DNA of 64,000 bases from Patescibacteria group bacterium (GTDB lineage Bacteria; Patescibacteriota; Patescibacteriia; XYB2-FULL-38-15): contig JBAZEY010000004.1 in the NCBI GenBank assembly GCA_041653675.1, forward strand, positions 1,105-65,104, read 5' to 3'. A program made the translations under genes and the position numbers. Below the pieces are notes generated by a model. That model did no database searches and had not been told where the DNA came from. It saw only the letters and a program-made list of their open reading frames with translations. How positions within the stretch are numbered: the first letter of the stretch is position 1; every line of letters begins with the position of its first letter. This document shows positions 19,858-30,000 of this stretch, piece after piece.

Positions 19858-19932
19858 TATAGCTTTTAGATTAAAGGTTTCAAATTTAAGATTTTGTTCT
19901 AACCTTAAATCTTAAATCCTCAATCTATTATG
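19858..19932. repeat. Imperfect palindromic element of the AGATTTAAGATT family in the ftsA-ftsZ intergenic region
   Basis: Left arm tagattaaaggtttcaaatttaagatttt. The reverse complement of the right arm is tagattgaggatttaagatttaaggtt. Confidence 0.5.
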
Positions 19933-21163
19933 GCATTAAAGATTTAAACCATTTTTTAACTTGGCTTGTCACTTTATCAATACTCTTGAAACGAGAGGCA
20001 AAACCGCTATTTCCCTCGTCGTAAACAGCGTTACCCCAAAGAACCAGCCCCAGGGCCGGGACAAAAGAAACATCGTTAACTTTATCAACTACGCTCGTAA
20101 CATTTTGAGGGCAACCCAAGGAAACCGGCAGGCGCAATTTTCTTTTTGCGATGTCTAAAATGCCTGGAAGTTTGGCTGTTGATCCAATAAGCACTACTCC
20201 GGAAGGCAGGAGCCCGCTCCGTCCTATTTTTTTTAATTCGCCGTCAATTTTTTCAAAAATTTCTTCAACTCTAGCCTCAATAATTTCGGCGATATATTTT
20301 TTAGAAACTAGCGTATCCTCCCCCGCCTCATAATCTCCAAGATTAATCTCGTCGCGCTTGCCAACATCTTTTGGTATGGCTGTCCCATGTTCTAATTTTA
20401 TTTTTTCAGCGGCATCGAGAGATGTGCGCAGACCAATCGCGACATCAGAAGTAATATGATCGCCGCCGATCGGCAAAAAGGCCGTATGCATAACATCTCC
20501 ACCCTCAAACACGGCAAGTTCAGTAGAAGTTCGGCCAATATTCGCCACGGCCACACCCAATTCTTTCTGGCGCGGGCTTGTCACTGCTTCTGAGGCGGCA
20601 AGAATAGAAAATACAACATCCTCAATATCAACACCTGTGCGATAAATGCACTTGGTCAAATTTTTTATATGCGAACTGAGCCCCTGAATAATCTGCGTTT
20701 CCACTTCAAGCCTTACTCCGCTCATGCCCAACGGATCGCGGATATTAACTTGGTTATCAATTGAAAAAGTTCTCGGAATAACATGTAAAATTTCAAAATT
20801 TGGCGGAGTAGCAACAGCGCGCGAGGCCTCAATTGATCTTTCCACGTCACCATCATCAATTTCGCCGTTTGGTTTAGCTATGGCAATAACGCCTTTACTT
20901 TTTTGAAAAATGATATGATCACCGGAAATGCCAACCCAAACCCGGTCAACGGGAACGCCCGTAACCCGCTCGGCTGCCTCAAAAGCCGCCGCGATACTCG
21001 AGGTGGCGTTTTCTACACTCTGAACCGTCCCGCGGCACACGCCTTCTGACGGCACTTCTATTGCCGCCAAAATTTTGGGTGCCCCGTTCTCGTCTCTCTG
21101 CCCCACAACTACTCGCGCGGCGGTTGAGCCCAGATCTAAGCCGGTGATGATTTCACTCCTCAT
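19928..21163 (-). CDS. ftsA: Cell division protein FtsA
   Basis: Actin-fold N-terminus GLDLGSTAARVVVG; adjacent to ftsZ. Confidence 0.9.
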   Translation of the reverse strand: MRSEIITGLDLGSTAARVVVGQRDENGAPKILAAIEVPSEGVCRGTVQSVENATSSIAAAFEAAERVTGVPVDRVWVGISGDHIIFQKSKGVIAIAKPNGEIDDGDVERSIEASRAVATPPNFEILHVIPRTFSIDNQVNIRDPLGMSGVRLEVETQIIQGLSSHIKNLTKCIYRTGVDIEDVVFSILAASEAVTSPRQKELGVAVANIGRTSTELAVFEGGDVMHTAFLPIGGDHITSDVAIGLRTSLDAAEKIKLEHGTAIPKDVGKRDEINLGDYEAGEDTLVSKKYIAEIIEARVEEIFEKIDGELKKIGRSGLLPSGVVLIGSTAKLPGILDIAKRKLRLPVSLGCPQNVTSVVDKVNDVSFVPALGLVLWGNAVYDEGNSGFASRFKSIDKVTSQVKKWFKSLMP

Positions 21164-21277
21164 AAATTAATCCTATATATTCTCGGTAAGTCTTATATTA
21201 TAAATAATCTAAAAACTTTTTGCAACAAGACTAAAATCCCTAATTTTATTTTGTCAAATTTTTAAAAATTTATTCCC

Positions 21278-21649
21278 CTAGCCTCTCAGCAAATCCACGA
21301 AATACGGCCCCAAAATCAGAACACCAACCACAATCGCTCCAACCGAAGAAAGTAAAACTACCGCGGCCATAATATCTTTGACCGTTTCAACATAAGGATG
21401 CATTCTTGGTTTTAAAACATCAATTACTCTTTCGAAAACACTGTTAATTAACTCTAACACTAAAACCATCATAATGACAAGCAAAAGAGCTATTGCTTCC
21501 CAAACTTTAACACGAAAAACTAAGGCTAAAATTAAAACTAAAAAACCCGCTACCACTTGAATTCTAAAACTTTGTTCTTCTTTAAAAACTCTAAATAATC
21601 CCCTGCTGGCGTAATGGAAACTTCTGATTAAGCGGCTTAAGCTAAACAT
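21278..21649 (-). CDS. dgkA: Diacylglycerol/undecaprenol kinase, DgkA family
   Basis: Three TM segments; conserved ELINSVFERVIDV motif. Confidence 0.8.
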   Translation of the reverse strand: MFSLSRLIRSFHYASRGLFRVFKEEQSFRIQVVAGFLVLILALVFRVKVWEAIALLLVIMMVLVLELINSVFERVIDVLKPRMHPYVETVKDIMAAVVLLSSVGAIVVGVLILGPYFVDLLRG

Positions 21650-21660
21650 AATTTAAATTT

Positions 21661-22086
21661 CTAAATTTTTTCCAAAATAACTTGCTCCATTTTTTTCATC
21701 TTCCTGGCCTCTCGCTCGCCCTTCTCGTGGTCAAAACCGCAAAGATGCAATAGGCCATGGACTAATAATTCCTTAATTTCTTGTTTCGTACTCCATCCGT
21801 ACTCCCTCGCCTGGCGCGCTGCTTGGGGAAAAGAAATTATTATCTCTCCAAAAAGTTTTATTCCCCCGCTCTTTTTTTCTTCGTAGATAAAACTTAATAC
21901 ATCTGTTGTTTTGTTTTTCCCGCGATAAAAACTATTTAATTTTTTCATTTCTGAATCGCCAACAAAAGCAACCGAAATTTCCGCATTTTTTATATTAACT
22001 TTTTTAAAAACCATTTTTACAATATTGGCGACCCACTTCTTCTCTATTTTTTTACCAACGCGCTGATTTATTTCAATCTTAATCAT
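21661..22086 (-). CDS. ybeY: rRNA maturation endoribonuclease YbeY
   Basis: HGLLHLCGFDHE zinc-binding motif. Confidence 0.9.
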   Translation of the reverse strand: MIKIEINQRVGKKIEKKWVANIVKMVFKKVNIKNAEISVAFVGDSEMKKLNSFYRGKNKTTDVLSFIYEEKKSGGIKLFGEIIISFPQAARQAREYGWSTKQEIKELLVHGLLHLCGFDHEKGEREARKMKKMEQVILEKI

Positions 22087-22104
22087 TTTTACATCATTAA
22101 AACC

Positions 22105-23094
22105 CTACAAACTCAATTTAAAACTCTTTATCATCATTTCAAAAGTGCTTTTATAATTCAATTCTGTTTTGCCCCCGAGACTATACGTAATGGCATAAAT
22201 TTTATCCCCCGAAGCGAAATAAGCTGTAAGCCCGTCAGGACTCTTTTTTCCGAGAAGGCCACTCTTAGTCATAACATCACTAAGTTCAGATGGACTAGTT
22301 CCGGGTGACTCAGCTAAATACCAATCCAAAAGCGGCAAACGATTCTGATTATCATCAATAACTACTTCTATAAGCTCTCCCGTGGCCGAAGTGAAAAGAA
22401 CTTCTCTCCCCGTTTCATCAAGAGCTCTCGCGATCCAAAGTGATGGATAAAAAACAGAATATTTAAAAGCTTGGCTATTATAAATTTTTACTAAATTTGT
22501 TTCTTCAATTTTCTGCGGAGCGAGGCCTGTCGGGTTATATAAATTTAAAATTTCCAGCGCGTCAGAATAAGAATCACCGTCGGTATCCGCGGTATTTTGA
22601 TCTGTACTAAACAAAGTTTCTTCAATGTCTGTTAACCCATCTCGGTCAGTATCAGCCGACGACGGTAGTTCAGCTGACGGCTCTGGCAATGGCGCGGGAC
22701 AATCGGCAAGGCATGTGATAGTACTCTCCCCTGATTCGCATGTGCCATTTCCACAAACTGGCGCCGGAGGAACATTAACAGGAACATTTACCGGAGTATT
22801 AACTGGCGGTACGTTCGCATTCACGGGCACGTTTGCCACCGTGTTGGTGTTAGCTGACGGCGTGGTGCTAGTCTTTGGTTTGCTGGTCAAACTTTGAGTA
22901 AAAAGATAGGCCGCAACGGCAACTAAAATTATAACAATAACAGCCATCGCAATAATTAATGTTGATTTTGACCCGCCGCTCTTCCCTTCCTTCGGAACTT
23001 TTACTTTCTTAAAATAAAATTGCTCCGGCATGGCCTTAATCTCGACCGGCGGTTCTTCGGCAATATTAATTGGTTTTGGCTCTCCGTTTGGCAT
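22105..23094 (-). CDS. Single-pass membrane protein with Pro/Val/Asn-rich linker, one CGNG Cys module, TSP3-like DxDxDG repeats and a C-terminal globular domain
   Basis: TM segment LIIAMAVIVIILVAVAAYLF; NVPVNANVPPVNTPVNVPVNVPP linker; CGNGTCESGE module; DTDRDGLTDIEE and DTDGDSYSD motifs. Confidence 0.65.
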   Translation of the reverse strand: MPNGEPKPINIAEEPPVEIKAMPEQFYFKKVKVPKEGKSGGSKSTLIIAMAVIVIILVAVAAYLFTQSLTSKPKTSTTPSANTNTVANVPVNANVPPVNTPVNVPVNVPPAPVCGNGTCESGESTITCLADCPAPLPEPSAELPSSADTDRDGLTDIEETLFSTDQNTADTDGDSYSDALEILNLYNPTGLAPQKIEETNLVKIYNSQAFKYSVFYPSLWIARALDETGREVLFTSATGELIEVVIDDNQNRLPLLDWYLAESPGTSPSELSDVMTKSGLLGKKSPDGLTAYFASGDKIYAITYSLGGKTELNYKSTFEMMIKSFKLSL

Positions 23095-23100
23095 AATATA

Positions 23101-23352
23101 AGATTTAAGATTGCAGATTTAAGATTTAAGATTTTGTAGTGAATGTTCTAAACCATAAAGCATTTTTGAGCATTCCTCATAATCTCTAATAAAATATTCT
23201 ATTTTTTCTTCCGATAAATACTTCTTTTCAAAAGCCATTTTCAAATGATGTTTTGTTTCTCTAATTTCTCCTTGAGCGCGACTAATACATTCTGTATAAA
23301 TGTTAATCTTCAACTCGCACGCCTTTAATCTTTAATCTTAAATCTTTAATCT
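23101..23352. repeat. AGATTTAAGATT-family inverted-repeat cassette enclosing a truncated four-helix-bundle gene
   Basis: Left arm agatttaagattgcagatttaagatttaagatttt (23101-23140). The reverse complement of the right arm (23320-23352) is ccatagattaaagatttaagattaaagattaaagg. Confidence 0.55.
23119..23313 (-). pseudogene. C-terminal half of a four-helix-bundle (IVS-protein/Avd-like) gene; N-terminal half absent
   Basis: ISRAQGEIRETKHHLKMAFEKKYLSEEKIEYFIRDYEECSKMLYGLEHSLQN aligns to the C-terminal two helices of the family. The upstream in-frame stop lies inside the flanking repeat. The annotated start is TTG. Confidence 0.6.
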
Positions 23353-23356
23353 ATGG

Positions 23357-24007
23357 TTATGGCTGCTCCAATAATCTTCCCGGCCCTTTCGGATTATATC
23401 CGGCTGTCACTTCCGCTCCATCCAAATATCCGTCACCATCTGTATCGGGATTTAAAGGATTAGTGAAATAAAGATTGACCTCGTCGCCATCTGTAAGCAC
23501 GTCGCCATCTGTATCGGGGTTTGTCGTATCAGTCCCGAGAGCTATTTCTTCTGTATTAGTTAAACCGTCACCATCTAAATCAACTTCTCCTGGGGCGGGA
23601 ATAACCGGCGCAGTTTCCAGAACTTCCGGTGGAACCTCTGCCGGCGTTTCATTAATATTGGATGGAATTTCAGCTGGAATATTTACTAGCGGCAAATTGG
23701 TATTTTGATTAGAAACGGTCGGAGTTTGTGTTCCAGTTTCTTCGGGCGCACTAGAAAATTGTCTCCAAACAAAATATCCGCCGCCGCCAAGAATTACAAC
23801 TAAAATCACGGCCGCTAAAACCAAAAACATTTTCTTTTTCCCCGGACCCCCAGCTTCCTCGCCGACTTCTTCCGGAGTTGCACCAACAGAAGCGGCTCCC
23901 CCGGGCATGCCGGGCACGGTCGGCGAAAGCGCGCCGGCCGGTCTTAATGGTTCTTGTTTCGTCGGCTCCACGCCGGCAAACATGTCTTCTGGTTCTTTGT
24001 CAAACAT
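23357..24007 (-). CDS. Single-pass membrane protein with TSP3/dockerin-like DxDxDG Ca-binding repeats
   Basis: TM segment FLVLAAVILVVILGGGGYFVW; motifs VDLDGDGLTNTEE, NPDTDGDVLTDGDE and NPDTDGDGYLDGAE. Confidence 0.7.
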   Translation of the reverse strand: MFDKEPEDMFAGVEPTKQEPLRPAGALSPTVPGMPGGAASVGATPEEVGEEAGGPGKKKMFLVLAAVILVVILGGGGYFVWRQFSSAPEETGTQTPTVSNQNTNLPLVNIPAEIPSNINETPAEVPPEVLETAPVIPAPGEVDLDGDGLTNTEEIALGTDTTNPDTDGDVLTDGDEVNLYFTNPLNPDTDGDGYLDGAEVTAGYNPKGPGRLLEQP

Positions 24008-24062
24008 AAATGTAGATAATTATTTTTAATTTACAATGAATGTTTAAATTTTTTAATTTTTT

Positions 24063-27000
24063 CTATCTCACGGTAAACTCACCGCTTCGCTCTTGACCCA
24101 CAGTAGTCATATCACTGCCTCTAAATAACTCTCCTTCACTGGCAGAAAGACTCCAGACAAGAGCAGATCCAGTTCCAGTGCTAAGATTGTATCTCCCCGC
24201 GCCAGTTGTGCCATTGTAAACAATCCGGAAATTGTGCAAACCTCTTGATAAAGTACTGATCACTAGATCTCTTCTGCAATCCGGTGTAAGTCCTCCGCCG
24301 GGAGCAGCACATATACTGGCATTAGTTATACCAACCTTATGGCCATCAATATAAACTTCAAAAACATCAGCCGCATTATTACTGCTCACATGCAGACTTA
24401 TCGTCGCACAGTCCGTCGCGTCATCCATACAGCCGTCGGTTCCACTATCATCATTCGGATCGCAAGCGTCAATTATTTCATCACTGTCAGTATCTGGGCT
24501 ATATCTTAGCCTGCAGGTTTCGCCAGCTGGACAATCACCAGTAACTCTACAAATCCGAGAAGCAGTAGCGCTACAGGTTCCCGTAGATTCATATTTTCTA
24601 TTATCACAAGCCCGACCCGTGGCGCAAGTAATCGCGCAAGACGAAGGACTGCAACCCGGCGAAGTCGGTGTGGTGAGATCTTGTGGCTTGCCCCAAGGAT
24701 TTGAAGTATCAACACAAATCCAACTCGCGGGATATGCCGGCAGACGGCTATCGCATTGTTCCGCGCCGCTCACTGTCCCATCGCCGCAAGTCGGACCGCT
24801 CGCCGTTCTTAACGTGCATTCACGGCTGCAATAATTACAAGTTGATCCATATGGCGCCGTACAAGGCGTACCGTTTACATCTTCGCCGGAATCGCACGTT
24901 TCTATTCCCGCTCTCGTAAATCCATCACCACAACTAGAATTCTGGCAATCTACACAAGCGTCTGTATCTACATCATTTGCGTCATCGCATTGTTCACCAC
25001 CTTCAACCGTGCCATTGCCGCATTCGCCGGTTACTGTGCAAACACCCCAACCTTCATCTCGCCACTGGCATTGTCTTACATCTCCCGATACCTCGCATTC
25101 CAAGGTTCTAACGCGCGGATATCCCGTCCCGGCTTCCGGAGAACACAATAAACATTCTTCTTCTGGTTCCGCGCAGTCCGAGTTGCTCTCACAAACTACA
25201 TTAAAATCATCTGAAAGAATGGGGCTGGCCGGACTCAAGTGTTCATCAACCGGAACACAAACTCCTCTCCCGGACAATAAATTTCTATCACATTCTTCTC
25301 GACCATCGGTCACGGTATTTCCGCAAAATGGCGCCGACCCGACACAACCCGCCGCGCAAATCGGTCGACAAGTGCTGCCCGGACAATCGCTGTCCACACG
25401 ACACGACGATCTATCATTATCACAAATTTTTCCATAATTTCCATTAAGACCTTCATCGTCGCACCGCTCGCCAAATCCGCTTTGCAAAATTCCATCTCCA
25501 CAATAACCGCCACTCATTCGGCAGACAGTAGAACATTGATATTCATTCGTCGGCAATGTCCCGCCTCCCGGAATTCTTCCTCCGCCCGGACCGCGATCGC
25601 AAGCTTCACCCGTATCAATAATCCCATTTCCGCAAGTAGGAAGACACGACCCCCAATCATTCCATCGACAAGTAGCTAAATTACAAGTTCGGCTTTGCCG
25701 ACCCGTTCCACTGCCGCAAGATTGTTCGCTCGTGCGGCACGTTCCGCCCGTAGCAACGCAATCCAAATCACTGCGGCAAAAACTTGTCGGATCCGAAGAA
25801 CATGTATTTAATAAACTCGGTTCGCATTCTTCGGCTTCGTTTTCCGGCGTCGCCGGATTATCAACATTTAGTATTCCATCACCACAAACTCCACCCACAC
25901 TGAAAGTTGTACCATCGCAAACATTTTCATATTTAATGTAGGCTGGAATAGCGTCTCTAAACCAACTCCAACTCGGAAGAATTATCGCGCCCGATGAATT
26001 AGTAAGCTTGTGTTCCAAATCACCGCCAATATTATAAAATCCCGTAGCTGATTCGTAACGATATTGGTAAATATGAGACAAATCGGGACAGTGGTAAGAT
26101 TCTGCGCTCGTGTTCCAACAAGTGTCAGGATTATAAGGATCTACGCAACCCTGAAATTTATTTACCGGATCTTGTGGTAATCCTCCGCCGAGTTCCTGCC
26201 CAAGCACGGCCCATGAATCCCACTTGCTCGTGGAAATCCCTCGAACATACGAACCGGCTTCCAGTTTTGGCGGATAACCTCGCGTCATCATATATCTTTC
26301 CACCTCGGCTTTGATTTTATCTAAATCAGATAAACGTTTAACATCACGGGCCAATTTATCTTTTGGCGCATCACACAAAGATTGTGTCGGAGTTTGTGGA
26401 CAATCCAAATCAGCCGAACAAGGAATCGCTTGATCATCTTCGTCCGTGACAGTTGCCGCGCCGCGCTTACAAACTTTATTATTTTCCAAATTAATATTAA
26501 AATTCCAATTTTCTACCAATTGATTATAAATATCAATTGTGTCCTGGCTGGCATCTTCATTATATGAAATCAAATAAACGTTTGTATAAATGTCTGGCCC
26601 GGAACTAGAGCCGCCAATAAGCGCCGGCTGGTTTGCCGCGGAAACATAAATTGTCCGACCATCTTCCACGGCTTGATATTGATCAACCGTTTTCCCACTC
26701 GGAGACGCCGGTCTGAATCCTTGGGCCGTGTACCAATCGGATAAAGCAAGGTGGTTTTCATTTGTATAAATTCTAATACCGATCGCGTCGGGCGAAGATT
26801 GGCAAGATCCGCCTTCCGGGGCGCACGGATTTTCCGTGTTACAAGGCAATTTGGAAAGGGTACAATAACTCCCCTGAACAAATAAGAAATATTCTCTGAG
26901 TAAAAAGTCAGATGATCCCGGCGGCTCCGGCGGATTATTTACAATCGGCGGATCGCTAACCGTCGGTAAATCATCGCTAAAACCAAGCTCTCCTCTGTCC

Positions 27001-30000
27001 TGGCAATAATATGTTTCAAAATTATATGTTTCATCAGCTAACCCTTCGCCCGTCACGCCAAATCTATCTGGCCATGGATTTTCACAAAGAAAAACTATCG
27101 CGTCGGCCCCGCTACCCAACACTCGTCCCACGGTTCGGGGAGATAAAATTGTATCGGCAGTAATTCTCGCTGAAACTAAAATTCTTGCTTCTCCGTTTTT
27201 ATTTTCCGCTTTCGCCTCTTGGCTAGCATTAAGTTCGCAAACTCCGCCGTCTCTACAATCGCTCGCGCTGTGACAAATTGCAGTCGATTCATTGGAACAA
27301 GCGCCTTCGGGATTTAAGCTAACTACTGTTGGATCGTTAGACACCCAATCTTCCCATTGCCAAGCGTACACCCCGGGCAAGGAAGAAATCGCTCTCCCCC
27401 GCGTGTCTCTCGGTATGGCGGAAAAATTGTGTGTTTCACCACTCTGCGTAAAAACATGAACCTCCGGCGTAAATGTCACTTGGCTCAAAGCACAAATGTC
27501 ACCGCCCGTCTTAAACGACCATTCATAAATTTCCCTGCCGCTGTAGGCCGCGGGGTATTCACCGGATAAGCTACCTCCACCCAACGCCACGCCTTTTGAA
27601 TTTCTAATCCCCTCAATCTCGGGCGTTGTAGAATTGTCACCTAAAATCAAAACTCTATAGTCATTATCACTATCAAAAGCTTTAGTTGGACTAAAGCTTA
27701 CTTCCGTCACCAAATTTCCACCTTTATTTACAACAACAGACGACGCTGTTCCCGGCCAGACGCACCACGGACTTCCCGGCGCGGCGCTCGCCGGCTCGCC
27801 GAGCAATGATTGCCCAAATTTATTGACGAAATCTTTTACTTGGCTAAAAATCTTTAAATCATTCTCAATTTTATTAATCGGCTTAACCAATATTCTCGCA
27901 ATCGGCGGAGGCAGCCACTTCTTTATTTTTTCAAAAAATTGCCAACCGGATTTTCCTTCGCCGGTCCATAGAGCTAATTGTACCGTTCCGTCAGGACACG
28001 TCCCGCCGTAATTGCCGACGACTAAAATATTACCCGTGACGCTCGCTGTTTCCATTACATCGTCAAATGTCACAGAAATTCTGGCATTGCGGCAAACTTC
28101 AACCGCTCCTGAATCACAACCAACCGCGCCATCCCGAGTGGGATCGCAGTTTGTCACTTTTGGTTTAAAGTAGCAACATGTGTTGCGGCCAACTCCCAAT
28201 TCGCAATCAGCGTCAGTTGTGCAAGATTGTGAAGTTGTTCCTGAACATATATTAGAAGTTGAAATACACGACAAACGAATTGCACTGCAATCCTGACCGC
28301 CGCAGCGCAAAGTCAAATCGCCGCTGTCGGATTTTCCCTCTGTCGCGGCTGAAATTTCCGTGGTGCTGGAATTTACTCCGGCCGCCACGTCCTCCGTGGC
28401 AAGATCAATTGCTTCGGCCGTTTGGTATGGATCAATTCTCGCGTCCGTGACTGTTCCTTCATTTAAGCAAGTATCACTGCAACCCGGCCCTGGAGCGTTC
28501 CCATCGTCGCAATCTTCACCGCGTTCTTTCGCCCGATTTCCACAAACTCCCCCGCCAGCCACAGATCCTTCGTGTTGGCAAATATTATTACATCCATCCC
28601 CCGAACGAGTATTTCCGTCATCACAATCTTCGCCAATTTGAATTATGCCATTACCACAAGTTGAATCATAACGCGCGTTTGATCCTTCGTTCAAACAAGT
28701 CGCATTACAACCATCAAGCGTTGCCGTATTGCCATCGTCACAGTCTTCGCCAAATTCTTTTACGCCATTTCCGCAAGATGGATAATTATTATCATTGGTA
28801 ATTGTTGCCACTCCTGGATCAGCCGATGCCCAGCCCCAATTATAATCCATAGCACCAAGCTGCTGGCCGTTCGGGCTACAGAGATCTGGCTCGCTGAAAG
28901 GCGTGGAAGAATAATTTTGCGTCGCGCCGATAAAATTCAAAATCGCGTTTTGCGGATCAACTGCCACGCGATCCACGGCGCAAGGACTGGCATCATCTTT
29001 AGTTTTGAAAGTCCAAGAGTAAGCAGAAAAAGCCGCCGGGTCGCCGGCCGGATAATTTAAATCAGTCAAATGGACGCCGCTCGTTGAAGTAACACGATCA
29101 GAAATAACGGCGCGATAATAAGTATTCGGCGTAAAGAGCACTAAAGGCTCAATAACCATTTTTTTTGCGACCGAATCGTAAGAAGTTCCTGCCAGAGAAA
29201 CTTCCTCCAGAGCTCTCGTTCCTTCATTTAAACAAGTTGTCGCGTTGCAGTTGGCCGGGAATGGAGATCCGTCACAATCTTCACCTTCTTCAACCAGGCC
29301 ATTACCGCAAACCGCGGCGGCGCCATCGCTGCCGATATTTAAACATGTGGTGCGATTACAACGCTCCGGAAATGGCACACCGTCGCAATCTTCACCGGTT
29401 TCGCGGCGATCATTGCCACAGTACGAACCATAAAGCGCGTTTGACCCTTCATTCAAACAAGTCGCGCTGCAACCGTCGCCTGCCGTCGCATTGCCGTCAT
29501 CACAATCTTCACCGGGCTCAATCACGCCATTGCCGCATTTCCAAATATAAAGATTAACATTTGCCGCGCTCTCCACGCTCGCCTGATTCATGTTTGTATT
29601 AAATTCCGCGCCGACTTCCGCGTTAGCGCAAGCATCACTGCAGTTCGGCCACGCATTTTCTACTCTTGGGTCTGTAAAATTAATTGTCAAATTTCCTGAG
29701 CCAAATTTACTTTCACTTGGAATTCCGCCGGTAATTCGAACCGGCAAACCAACTTCTGTTTCCGCCCGAGCCGTGGCAACTTCACTCGGAGTAATACTAC
29801 CAGCCACAGTGGCTTTTGAAATATCTGACGAAGTCCAGCGCCAAGGACTATAAGCGCTGCAATCAATTGTTATGCAAACATCGCCGGCCGCATAACACAA
29901 ACTATCATAATTCTGTGTCGCCCCAATACTTACTAAAGTCCGTTCATACGGAGAAACCCCAACTAAACCGATATCACACGTCTCGTCGCTGTCGCGGGTT

